The translations under genes and the position numbers were made by a program. A stretch of DNA of 63,963 nucleotides, the filler included, from Octopus bimaculoides (taxonomy: Eukaryota), in NCBI RefSeq assembly GCF_001194135.2. It is 10 parts of 8 records of this genome, joined end to end, with 100 filler letters (N's around TTAATTAATTAA, not from the genome) between each part and the next. Parts side by side here need not be neighbours in the genome. Positions count along the whole stretch, not along the records: positions 13,232 to 23,700 come from NC_068984.1; positions 23,801 to 27,967 come from NC_068981.1; 8 more parts are not named here. One strand, 5' to 3'. The notes beneath the pieces are model-generated. The model was not told the DNA's origin and made no database searches. It saw nothing but the letters and a program-made list of their open reading frames with translations. Positions 13,935 through 26,109 of the stretch are shown in pieces (position 1 is the first letter of the stretch; each line of letters starts with the position of its first letter).

Positions 13935-14220
13935 GGGGACAAACAAGGACAGACAAAGGGATTAAGTCGATTACATTGACCTCAGTGCGTAACTGGCACT
14001 TATTTTATCGACCCCGAAAAAGATGAAAGGCAAAGTCGACCTCGGCGGAATTTGAACTCAGAACGTAAAGACAGACGAAATACCAGTAAGCATTTCGCCC
14101 GGCGCGCTAACGTTTCTTATTTCTTTATTGCCCACAAGGGGCTAAACATAGAGGGGACAAACAAGGACAGACAAAGGGATTAAGTCGATTACATTGACCT
14201 CAGTGCGTAACTGGCACTTA
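13935..14220 (-). mobile_element. SINE family B head-to-tail multimer (218-bp period) running into gap
   Basis: ggggacaaacaaggacagacaaagggattaagtcgattacattgacctcagtgcgtaactggcactta at 13935 and again at 14153. Confidence 0.85.
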
Positions 14221-14489
14221 NNNNNNNNNNNNNNNNNNNNNNNNNNNNNNNNNNNNNNNNNNNNNNNNNNNNNNNNNNNNNNNNNNNNNNNNNNNNNNNN
14301 NNNNNNNNNNNNNNNNNNNNNNNNNNNNNNNNNNNNNNNNNNNNNNNNNNNNNNNNNNNNNNNNNNNNNNNNNNNNNNNNNNNNNNNNNNNNNNNNNNNN
14401 NNNNNNNNNNNNNNNNNNNNNNNNNNNNNNNNNNNNNNNNNNNNNNNNNNNNNNNNNNNNNNNNNNNNNNNNNNNNNNNNNNNNNNNNN

Positions 14490-14626
14490 GTGAGAGAGTT
14501 AGGGGTTGGGGGTACAACCCACTAAGGGATAGTATCTATCCAGTATACTGCTGGGAGGGTACCCAATTATTGCTACACTAGTGCTATACTAGGTGCAATC
14601 AATGGGAGCGGGTAAAAGTGGAGGTT
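14490..14626. repeat. Palindrome-rich interspersed repeat terminus (copy 1)
   Basis: Near-identical to 40048-40186; diverged opposite-strand copy at ~22152-22230. Confidence 0.85.
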
Positions 14627-15425
14627 TTACCCAAAATTTGTGTAACAATTAGAAAATGGACACACAGATATGTATACGTGCGCGCGCATATACACACGTG
14701 CATCCTTTCTACAATAGGTCAAGGAATGCAATTTTGTAAAAGTAGATTAGTTAATTACATCGACCCCAATGCTCAAATGATACTTATTTCATCGACCCCG
14801 AAAGGATGATAGGCAAAGTCGACCTCGGGGGAAAATTTGAACTCAGAACATAAAGACAGACGAACGCTTGGCCCCTTTTTTTTCCAGCGTACTTAAAAAA
14901 CGATTCTGCCAAGCTTGCTGCTTTAATATACATACATGCGTACCCCCATCCATCCATCCATCCATCCATCCATCCATCCATCCATACATAGGTAAATGAA
15001 CAGGGTTGAGAGTGAGTGAGAGAGAGAGAGAGAGAGAGAGGGGGGGAGAGAGAGGGAGGGAAGAAAGAGGGGATGGGATTTATAACAACGGTTACAGATC
15101 GAGTAAAAAAACTGCACAGCAGTAGTATGCGACAATATAGCATTACATGAAAGGGTAAAAATTAGAATGATGTAGTTAGTGATATATCTAGGGCAAACTG
15201 CAATCTGCAGGAATTAACTTTTAGCAAAGAGAACTATGGTAACGGCAGCAGTAGTCGTGGTGGAGGGGACAATTGTTGTAACTATTGTGAGGTCAACTTG
15301 TAAAGTTAGTTTATAAATAAGCTATTCTCAAAAAAGCTACTAACCACCCCCTTCTGCGAATCAAATATCTTCGGTGATAACTAAGATAACTGAGAGTGGG
15401 TGAAAGAAAGAGAGAAAGTGAGAGG

Positions 15426-15521
<96 letters not shown>

Positions 15522-15790
15522 TCCTTAAATGAAAACAAACACATCAATAACTATGTAAACAAAGTGGTTTGCGTAATCTCTTCCATACCGCAAAACAATT
15601 AATTGGTTATGTATACAAAAAACAAAAACAAAACAAAAACAAGAAAAAAATCAAAACAAAAAGAAGCTGAAATAATCCTATGATTATACTGTAATCCCCC
15701 GAGTATCGCGAGTGTTATGTTCCAAACCTCCCCGCGATAAGTGAAAAATCCGCGAAGAAGAAACAGAACTGTACTCTTTACTCTCTGTAC

Positions 15791-16193
15791 TCTTTTACTT
15801 GTTTCAGTCATTTGACTGCGGCCATGCTGGAACACCGCATTTAGTCGAGCAAATCGACCCCAGGACTTATTCTTTGTAAGCCTAGTATTTATTCTATCGG
15901 TCTCTTTTTGCCGAACCGCTAAGTTACGGGGACGTAAACACACCAGCATCGGTTGTCAAGCGAAGTTGGGGGACAAATACAGACACATAAACATATACAC
16001 ACACACACACATATATATATGTATATATACGACGGGCTTCTTTCAGTTTCCGTCTACGAAATCCATTCACATGGTTTTGGTCGGCCCGAGGCTACAGTAG
16101 AAGACACTTGCCCAAGGTGCCACGCAGTGGGACTGAACCAGGAACCATGTAGCAGGTAAGCAAGCTACTTACCACACAGTCACACCTGCGCCT
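15791..16193 (-). mobile_element. SINE family A, full-length young copy
   Basis: Complete from the 3' tail (tcttttacttgtttcagtc) to the 5' head (cacacctgcgcc). Further partial copies at ~4074-4250(-), ~6590-6730(-), ~10640-10800(-), ~16230-16560(+), ~19380-19625(+), ~22240-22470(+), 46258-46378(-), ~57313-57466(+), ~61100-61200(+). Confidence 0.9.
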
Positions 16194-18064
16194 GTACTCT
16201 ATAATTTAAAAACTATCTTTATAATTTGTATATATGTGCATGACTGTGTTATGAAGAAACTCACTTTGTAACCACGTGGTTACGAGTTCAGTCCCACTGC
16301 GCGGCACCTTGATAAGTGTCTTCTATAGTCAAGGGCCGACCAGAAGCCCCTCGTACAACCCTAACATATATAAAAGTATATATGTGTGTGTGTGTCTATA
16401 TTTATGCTTGTCTCATCATCATCGCTTGACAACCGATGTTGGTTTGTTTACGTTACCGCAATTTAGCAGTTCGACAGAAGATCCTGATGGAATAAGTACC
16501 AAACTTTGGCTAAACTCTATAAAGCGGTGCCCCAGCATGGCCGCTTTCCAGTGACTGAAATATTTATTTAATTTTAGTAGAGAGTATAGGGTCAATAAAC
16601 CTTTTCAGTCCCACCCAAGTTATTCACCAAAGTCATTCAACCGAATCCGTATCCATCTTCCAAATGGATTCGGTTGAATGTACAAAAGGTAATTTTATCT
16701 ACAGGGAGTGTTGTGTTTGACGTATAAAGTCTGCATGTCGATGACCTAGAAAGAAAAAAAAATAAGACAGAGAGACATGCCAGAATGCACATCTAATTGA
16801 ATTTCAGATTAAAAGAAAAAGAATGTCTGTTCATTCTAAAGAGGTTCTCCAATTGCAGTTTATTGTCTCTAGTCAGTCGATAAAGAAAATGACTGTTTAT
16901 TTACAGCGAACATAACTGATCCAGCTCAGATATATTATTGCTCTCAGATAAATTTGCTCGCCCAGCCTTTTTTTTTTTTTCTTGATATTTAAAAAAAATA
17001 TTTTATCTTAATCCTTTACATTCTTAGAAATAACAAAAAAAAAAATCGTAGTGTTTTATGTTTTTTTTAAAGCTCTGTTCTTATTGCATAATATTTGTTT
17101 ATCGTTTTGAAATTTTTTTTTTCAGACATATGACACTGGGGTACCACGTAGAGAAAAACGAACGAATTTATCCGGCAGCCGAATATTTATTTTGTAATTG
17201 TCGAGCAATTGCTCTATCTGTCCTTCCCAACCTCGTTTCTCTGCTTTCTCTAATAATTTTGCATTCTTAGTACAGAAGTACTTCACAGCGAATATGTTAC
17301 CACATACTGAATTAAGTAATGGTTAAGTAATATTAAAGTTATTATTTTTAATATATATATTTTTTTCATATATTTATTTAAGCCTAATAGGAAAAGCAGA
17401 GCCTGTAGCCATCATGGCTCCAAATTGAATGATGTCGATGCGGCTAAATGAACGAAAACTAATATTAACAGAAGATGTTTAATTTGGCCATGGAAATCGT
17501 TGACCTCGGATAAAAGAGTATGAAATATAATCGGACACAGAAACATACCAGAGTAGATATACAGAGTGTCCATAAATTCTCTTAACAACTTCCACAAATT
17601 ATTGTATCTATTCATTGCGTGGAACCAATGGCGCTAACGAGGAAGTATTTCTAACAAAACTTCATTTGTTTGTCTCTATTTTCCAATAAACTCTGCTGAG
17701 TTACCCTTTAAAAAAAATTTTTTTCTCAATATTTTAAATTGTAAAGATAATTTATGTTACCCTGTACTTTTTAACATGAAGTTCATTGATCTCTTATTGT
17801 ATCCTAGTGTTAGAGATGCAACATAGAAACAATGTAACAATTCAATTTCGACGGGCCATAAATATGTGTGCGGTTTTTCAGGGACGCTTGGTTCCAGTTG
17901 TTTGGAGGAAACGATATTCTTCAAAGGCCTGCATCGATGGACTGCTGCAAATTTCACCAGAAGTAAACACTGGGGATATATGAGGCATTGAGTGGTTATG
18001 CGATGATCTCTACCTACAAGATTTATATTGAACAAAATTGTTGACTATTAATTTGGTAGACGTC

Positions 18065-18375
18065 TACCATCAATGCCCTCCCTCATGCGCTTCAAAACAT
18101 TGCAGTAGAACTCTCGATTGACGATTTGGTCCTGGGGGACGAATTCTCGATGCACAATATCACATTTCCGCGGGTGAGGCTCGTGGAAGGCCTTCCAGGT
18201 CGTTCATCGTCTTTCAGGGACAGTCTTCCACTTTTGAAGCACCCGTGTTATTCGAAACATTGCGTACGACCCATTGTCTCGTCGCCGTAAGCTTGCTAAA
18301 GCATGCTCAATGTCTCTATAATAGACTTCCCAAATTTAACGCGAAATTTCACGTTGGCTCTTTGTTCCTGTCCAT
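18065..18375 (-). pseudogene. Mariner (DD34D-type) transposase, internally deleted and mutated
   Basis: Manual translation: EQRANVKFRVKFGKSIIETLSML*QAYGDETMGRTQCFE*HGCFKSGRLSLKDDERPGRPST (mariner N-terminal HTH), joined in another frame to CDIVHREFVPQDQIVNREFYCNVLKRMREGI (catalytic-domain segment). TIRs not identified. Confidence 0.88.
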
Positions 18376-18660
18376 AATAAAATCGCAGTCTATACAATGT
18401 CACTCGGTACATTGCCTCACGAAGGTCACTGGTAGCTCTCATTGTGCACGCAATCCTGTATTGCCATCTGTTAGCGCACTACAGAACTTGGGAAAGACTT
18501 CCGCCCGCCCCCATTTTCTCCCAAATTTATTTATTTTAAAAATTTTGTTTGCCACCCCACCCCCCGTTTTCAGATACGGAGGTTTTGGAAAATTGCCAAA
18601 AATGGGCATTGTTAAATCCCGCTCCTTTCCTCCTCAAATTCTTGACTTTTTTCCCCAACA

Positions 18661-18808
18661 CTAACCCTAACTCTAACCCTAACCCTAAAACCCTAACCCT
18701 AGCCCTAACCCTAAAACCCTAACCCTAAAACCCTGACCCTAACCCTAAAACCCTGACCCTGACCCTAAAACCCTAACCGTAACCTTAAAACCCTAACCCT
18801 AACCGTAA
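18661..18808. repeat. Interstitial telomere-like tract, mixed CCCTAA / CCCTAAAA units
   Basis: About 20 units of CCCTAA, CCCTAAAA, CCCTGA and CCGTAA. Confidence 0.9.
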
Positions 18809-19339
18809 TTACAAAGATGTTTTGAAATTTTTGTCCGAATCATAATGTCCGTATTTTTCCGCATATTTAGATTTTAAAAAATCTTTTTTTAATTTTACAA
18901 AAATGTTTGGAAATATTTTTCAGAATCATAATCTCAGTATTTTTCCGCATATTTAAAAAAAAAAATTCTGAAAAAAGTAAAGAATGAAGGACATTGAGGT
19001 GGTGGTAGTGGTNNNNNNNNNNNNNNNNNNNNNNNNNNNNNNNNNNNNNNNNNNNNNNNNNNNNNNNNNNNNNNNNNNNNNNNNNNNNNNNNNNNNNNNN
19101 NNNNNNNNNNNNNNNNNNNNNNNNNNNNNNNNNNNNNNNNNNNNNNNNNNNNNNNNNNNNNNNNNNNNNNNNNNNNNNNNNNNNNNNNNNNNNNNNNNNN
19201 NNNNNNNNNNNNNNNNNNNNNNNNNNNNNNNNNNNNNNNNNNNNNNNNNNNNNNNNNNNNNNNNNNNNNNNNNNNNNNNNNNNNNNNNNNNNNNNNNNNN
19301 NNNNNNNNNNNNNNNNNNNNNNTATATATATATATATAT

Positions 19340-19396
<57 letters not shown>

Positions 19397-19989
19397 CTTC
19401 TATCTGTATTTGTGCCCGCACCATCGCTTGACAACCAGTGCTAGTAAGTTTACGTCGCCATAGCCTAGTGGTTCGGCAAGACAAATGAGACCGCTGGAAT
19501 AAGCAACAGGCTTGAAAAAAAAGGGAAAAGTATTGGGATCTATTCATTCGATTAAAATTCCTCAAGGCGGTGCCCCAGCATGGCCGTAGTCTAATAACTG
19601 AAAGATGTAAAAGATAAAAGATAACAACAAGCACTTCGATGAGTCAAGTAGCTCTGATAAAAATGAAGACATTTTAACTGCAAGATAAAGTTTCTTGACC
19701 AAATAAACAAATAGGCAATGATTGCTTGCATAATCAGTAAACAAGATAATTAATTGGTATTAATTGGTTATGCACTTGAAAATATTATAATAATGCGAGA
19801 ATTAAAAAACTATAGATTAGAGAGTTAAGGAGAATGTTTCGTAATCAAAGAGTGGCTATTTAACTATATTTGAGGCTCTTTAGTTACAATAAACGTCTGA
19901 TTAAACCTTATCATATTTGCTGTCAGATGACAGATAACTAGGTCATGTTTATGGACTGCGAGACAAATGTGACCCAAAATCACAAGGGC

Positions 19990-20555
19990 GACGGATGCAG
20001 TACCAGGCAGTGACTCTCATGGCTTCTGATCTGAATTGATTGAAAGTGTTATCATGTACATTGTTTTGTCTTGGTATAAAAGATTGGCTACAGTAAATAT
20101 TCTGCTTAATATCACAGATTTGCTTGTCAGTTGTTTGACCATAACCAGTTGAGCATGTCCCTTGGTGGCTGACGATATGTGCATCTCTGATCATGAGAAG
20201 AAGTAGTGGGGGAGCATCATAGCCATGTGTTGAGAGGAATTCTTTGGGGTTTGAATAATTCACCTTTGGAAACATGGGTGTTTTGCTCAACATCCTAAAA
20301 CAAACCTTATTCAGGGACCTTTTGAGCAGGATGGGCTACTCGACCTGAAGAAAATTCTAATTGGGCCCCACCTGCGGGGTCATGCGCTGTTTATCTTGAT
20401 ATGAGATCACCAGTCGCGTAAATATGGTTGTGATGCATGTGCCTGGTGTACCCTTATCAGACGAGTAGTCATGACGGGTATAATGGGCTTCGTATATTTT
20501 ACCCTAGTGTCACTTTGATGGCATGCGCTGCTCTCTCACTCAATAATAATAATAA
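19990..20555 (+). mobile_element. Probable LINE 3' UTR or long non-coding retroposon fragment with (AAT)n tail
   Basis: Non-coding, moderately GC-rich block ending ...ctctctcactcaataataataat; I recall it as a high-copy repeat, family unassigned. Confidence 0.5.
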
Positions 20556-22613
20556 AACAAATTTTAGCAGAAAGCTAGCAATCTCGTGGGGGAGAGAGGG
20601 GCTAAGTTGATTAAATTCGACCCCAGTATTTGACTGGTCTGGTACTTATTTCATCAACCCCGAAAGGATGAAAGGAAAAGCTGACCTCAATGGAATTTGA
20701 GCCGAGAACGCAAAGACGGACAAAATGTCGCCACGAAGTCAGTTTGGTGACGCTTATCTCTATCCAAGTTGTTGCCACAGCAGGCTTAAATGGTCAGTTG
20801 GTTTTAAAATAGCCCCGTACACCTAGCTTTAATTAAGCACTCCGTGACTTCTTTAGAAATAAGCTAATTGGATCATCTGAAGGCACGAGCCTAGTGCTTA
20901 GGGTGTGGTAAATATGATCGTAAGATTGTAGTTTGGGGTCGATTATCGGACCGGGGAGCACGTTGTATTCTTGAGCAAACTACTTCATCTCGTGTCCTTC
21001 TAGGCCACACGGCTGTAAATAAGTAACCTTAAGGCGGTCTGGTGTGCCGTTTAAGTGGAGAGGTTGTGATCTCGATCAGTTAAACGACGTCAGGAGAAAT
21101 TGGTAACCTGTTCTATAAGTCCCAAAACTCGGGACAGTAATGAACAAAACACTTCCATTCTACGATGTTCCTGTTCACTAAGTTGTAAATGAGTAACCCC
21201 GTCACGGAGTAGCGTCTCGTTAAAAAGGGGTTTTGTGGTCTCGATCCTTAAGTTGTGGTACATACGATTGTGAATGAGTAACCCTGTCACAGACTGGCGT
21301 CTTGTTAAAAAGGGGTGTTATGATCTCGATCCTACAGAGGATTTTACTTACGTCATTCCGGGCCTACCAATGCGAGATCTCCTGCAGGCGACGGGATACT
21401 TGCTTGGAGGCCCGGATGAGGAAGGTTAAATCTCTAAAAAGAACTTTTATTGAACTTTATTGAACTTTCATTGAATTTTTGGCTTTTATTGGATTTGTAT
21501 TGAACAATGTTTTCGAGGGGTTATCGGTCGGCGGGCGCCGGTGCCTCTCCTATTTCTATTCATTTTTCTTTATCATCCTCATCACATGAATGTCTTTGTC
21601 CAGCCCGCAGCTACTACTCTGCTTTCAATTCTGTCAGTATACAAGCGGCCGTCAAAAAACTTTCTGTGATTAAAGTGACCCGCAATGTAATTCGAGTTGA
21701 TCAAGTAGTAACATGGAACAGTCAGTCACTTTGATATGGCGACTGACTTTACTTTATATATATGCGTATAAGAAGGGATGACATCCGATATGGACATCCG
21801 ATATGTTAGAAAGAGGTCATCAACGACCCAACCACAAAGAAAAATAATGTTCTCCAGAAATAATTCAGCAAACAATATATGCTAGGCCACTGGTTTTAAA
21901 TTGATGTTGATTAAATTAATATTCAATTTATCACCCTCAGTATATATATATATAGCAATAAGAAAATGGAGGGGAAGATGTGGTACTCATCAACTTGCAG
22001 ACATTGTATTATGTCAATTTGCCTGTTTATTTTTCAACTAAGAGGACAGGACAATAAAAACAATATACAAACACATATGACACATTATGTCATATCAGTA
22101 ATGAAAATTAAAAAGGATATCTAGTGACCGAAAAACACTAGTGTAATAGTAACTGGGTATCCTTCCAGCAGTATATTGGATAGATATTATCCCTTAGTGG
22201 GTTGGATTCACAACCCCTAACTTTCTTATGTATGTGTTTCTGTGTTTGTATGTGTGTGTTTGTTCCCTATCTCCACTTAACAACTGGTGCCGGTGTTTCC
22301 GTCCCGACACCTAGTGGCTCTTGGTGACTGAGACCTATAGAATAAGTACCAAGTATGAAAAAAAAAAAAAAAAAAAGATAAGTACTGTGGACAATTCATT
22401 CAACTAAAGATTCTCCCAGGCGGTGCCCCAGTATGGCCGCAGTCAAATGACTGAAACATGCAAAAGGTAAAAAATACTTAGGTACATCTCCAACTGAGAT
22501 GCATACGAATTCGGTTGTATGCATCTATAAAGACAATATGTAAAAATTTATGAAGCACACATATACACACCTAAGTACTATAAAATTTATATTCCTAAGC
22601 CAGTTTGCGGCAT

Positions 22614-22923
22614 GTGGAGGTGCAATAGTCCAGTGGTTAGGACAGCGGACTCGCGGTCATAGGATCGCGGTTTCGATTCCCCAGACCGGGCGTTGAACTC
22701 TATCACCACAATTTTCTCCCACTCTTTCTTCCTGTTTCTGTTGTACCTGTATTTCAAAGGGGCTAGCTTGTCACTCTCTGTGTCACGCTGGATCTCCCCG
22801 AGAAGCACGTTAAGGGTACACGTGTCTGTGGAGTGCTCAGCCACTTGCACGTTAATTTCACGAGCAGGCTGTTTCGTTGATCGGGTCAACTGGAACCCTT
22901 CTAGTCGTAACCGACGGTGTGCC
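22614..22923 (+). mobile_element. tRNA-derived SINE family D, well-preserved copy
   Basis: tRNA-like head GGTGCAATAGTCCAGTGGTTAGGACAGCGGACTCGCGGTCATAGGATCGCGGTTTCGATTCCCAGACCGGGCG with A and B boxes; opposite-strand copy at ~52425-52790; related heads at ~20880-21030 and ~51575-51870. Confidence 0.88.
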
Positions 22924-23700
22924 GTTGTAATTTGCGACATAGGTCGCGTCTCCACTACTATTGAAAACGGTTAGATTCGAACAGAAATCGTCTGGTAATT
23001 TTGTTTTCACTATAAAACACATAATGCTAGGTTTGTACCCCCACCCTTGAGACCCAACTACACTCTAGCTGAAAAATATAGAATACCTTATAAGTAATAT
23101 AAACGTCCTAAATTCAGTGGCGGCCTTAATGAAGACGTTACGCGTTAATTTAATGTATTAAACTCATCTTTATTAATGTATATCATATTATACATAGATA
23201 TATACAAGATTTACACAGGTATAAGAGTTAGAACTTGTGGTCCGCCCTCAAGACCTTTTTCAATGGAAATTTTTGCCCGCCATACTAAAAAGTTTCCCCA
23301 CCCCTGTACTAAAGAGACATGTTCAAACGACTGCAAGCATGTGAATATATGCACACAATAACACGACATCATATTTACAAACCCGGTAACTGTCTTAATT
23401 CAAAACATCTTGTCACTTTGCTAGTCACTATACATACATACGCACGTACATACATACATACATATACACACACACACACATACACACACACACACACTAA
23501 TAAACAAGTAAGATATCAGGATATAATTTGGCTGGATGGTTGGATGACAATATACAAATGTTATTTCCAAGGCTATTTTGACATGTGCTTGAACACGTGT
23601 CTTGGAAGATTACCTTTGTGACTATAAAGTAAAAGTGAAATAAATAAATACCTCTCTGCCTATGTTTATGTTTATGTTTATGTTTATATATAAATATATA

Positions 23701-23800
23701 NNNNNNNNNNNNNNNNNNNNNNNNNNNNNNNNNNNNNNNNNNNNTTAATTAATTAANNNNNNNNNNNNNNNNNNNNNNNNNNNNNNNNNNNNNNNNNNNN
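23701..23800. other. Artificial contig-joining linker 2
   Basis: 44N + TTAATTAATTAA (23745-23756) + 44N. Confidence 0.97.
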
Positions 23801-23937
23801 TACACACACAGACACATACATACAGAAATACATACATACAGAAATACATACATACAAACATACATACATACATACATACATGCAGACATACACACACACA
23901 TATATATATATACATACATACATACATACATACATAC

Positions 23938-24376
23938 AAGTTCAGATTTATACCTGTAATTATTGGGGCTCTGAGATATGTAACACACTACCTAAATAGC
24001 AATCTTGAGAAATCAGGCTTCTCAAAACCAGAAAGGAGAAAGCTAATTCGAAGACTACAGATCCAATCCATTACTGGAACTGTAAAAATCTGTAAAACTT
24101 TGCAGAAGTTTAGCGTTTAACTATATATGAGCATGTCTAGATATGCAACTATATGCATGGGAATACATACATAAAACAATACATACACACATACGTATAT
24201 ACATGCATCCATACATCTATCCATCCATCCATCCATCCATCTATCCATATATACATACATACAAACAGAAATACGCTGTTGTTGATGCTGAAATTCCAAT
24301 GAAGGACCCTTGGATCTAGGTTAGAAACCGGTTCTTTCTCTATTGGCAAGAAATCTTGAAATAAACTGAACAATGA
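23938..24376 (+). mobile_element. R4/Dong-like RLE LINE, 5'-truncated 3' end (last 60 codons + 3' UTR)
   Basis: 23938-24120 reads KFRFIPVIIGALRYVTHYLNSNLEKSGFSKPERRKLIRRLQIQSITGTVKICKTLQKFSV*, containing the IPVIIGALG-like motif of RLE endonuclease C-termini; begins directly after (ACAT)n. Confidence 0.8.
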
Positions 24377-24385
24377 CGTACATAC

Positions 24386-24860
24386 ATGATGGACAACAAA
24401 TATAGGCTTTGCAAGACCAAGACTGAAGACATCAACCACATTCTTACCAACTGTGGAAGAATGTCTTCCGGATATTATCTTCCCATGAGACATAATGCAG
24501 TGGCCAGAATGGTCTGGAACGGGATTAAAAAAAGAAAAAAATACCTACAAACGAAGTTGACCATTTTGTGATCGATGGGTCAAAAGGATATTGATGGAAC
24601 TTGAAAAAAGTTAAAACACAACTGGCCAGATATCATTGTGTGGGGCCAAAAGGAAAAGATATGTTCTGTTGGGGAGATCAGCTGCCCTCTGGATATGAAC
24701 GGGGTTAGAAAAATACAAGAGAAAGAAGACCATTGGTAAGGAGTTTACAAATCCAGGGCCCAAGATACACTTTCAGTTTCATACCTATTATTATTGGAGC
24801 AATAGGATACGTATGACCCCATCTGGAGCAAAGTATGGCTGAACTTGGGATTTTGGGTAC
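24386..24860 (+). pseudogene. Second R4/Dong-like LINE fragment (CCHC zinc knuckle + RLE endonuclease), frameshifted
   Basis: YRLCKTKTEDINHILTNC...RHNAVARMVW (knuckle-like), then KHNWPDIIVWGQKEKICSVGEISCPLD (PD..E motif) and FIPIIIGAIGYV. Confidence 0.82.
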
Positions 24861-26074
24861 TGAATATCACTGATTATTCTGTCAAATGTAAAGCTTATTT
24901 CTTTGCATTGTTTTGGATTAATCAGTCATTAATCATCAACATTTCAATGATGTCATCATCATCATCATCACCATCATCGTTTAACGTCTGCTTTCCATGC
25001 TGGCATGGGTTGGATGGTTTGACTGAGGACTGGCAAGTCAGGAGGCTGCACCAGGGTACTTTTACGTGCCACCGGCACGAGGGCCAGTCAGGCAGTACTG
25101 GCAACAGCCACGTTCAAATGGTATTTGTGACTGTCTATTTTAAAAATGACATTGTAGGGTAGGTTTGAGAAGCCAGATCTAGCTGGTTTGAAAATAAAAC
25201 GAGTAGAATATTTCAGCCGGGATTGGCCCATTTAAATACTGCCCCTGACCATAAACAAAGCAAGATGCTCTCCTTCACAAACTTGCTACCAAGCAGGTGG
25301 CCCATCAAAATAGACTCTAGATAAAAAAGAGAAACACACACACACACACACACACACAAGACTTGGCAATTGTTTTGTTCACAAATATTCACAGTTTAAT
25401 AGTGTTCTTACTTATATTAATAAATATCTAAACTCAAAATTACAATTTATTCCTGTGTGCTTGCATGTGTGTGTGTGTGTGTTATGGAGAAAGAGAGGAC
25501 AAAATCATTGAAAAGACAGTTAGTATTCGCATGTTGTAGTAACCATTGACCCCCTACTTAACTCTGTCCATCATCAACTTTATGCTACCACTGGACAGTG
25601 GTCAGTATAATACATTTGTAGAAATGTTTATTACAGACCTTAAACCAAGTTAAAATTTCAACCCCTTTCAGACGCATCCCTTCATTTTCTTCTCTCTTGG
25701 ATTCCTTGCTTATCGAATGTCTTCATGTTATTTTATGATTTATGATAAAAAATTAAAATTACATCACAAAGAAAAAAGAAAATGGGACTGAAAATGTTTG
25801 CAGCTGAAGATAGCTTTAGACCATCCTTTCTATCAATTATATACTCATATAATGATGCAACGACAGTTTGTGTATAAAGCTTGAAACACGTGTACCTTGG
25901 AATCCTTTGTGTTCTGTTTTAATTTTACATTTTAATATATTTATATATATGTATATATATANNNNNNNNNNNNNNNNNNNNNNNNNNNNNNNNNNNNNNN
26001 NNNNNNNNNNNNNNNNNNNNNNNNNNNNNNNNNNNNNNNNNNNNNNNNNNNNNNNNNNNNNNNNNNNNNNNNNN

Positions 26075-26109
<35 letters not shown>

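Noticed and set aside
17555-17600. tacagagtgtccataaa as a Tc1/mariner-type TIR
   Set aside because: No partner inverted repeat found in the same segment.
21185-21333. ~64-bp direct repeat pair
   Set aside because: Duplicated body segment of an old SINE (head at ~20880); ordinary.
22619-22692. tRNA gene
   Set aside because: A and B boxes are present, but the sequence continues into a shared SINE body also found at 52425-52790; it is a SINE head, not a clean cloverleaf.
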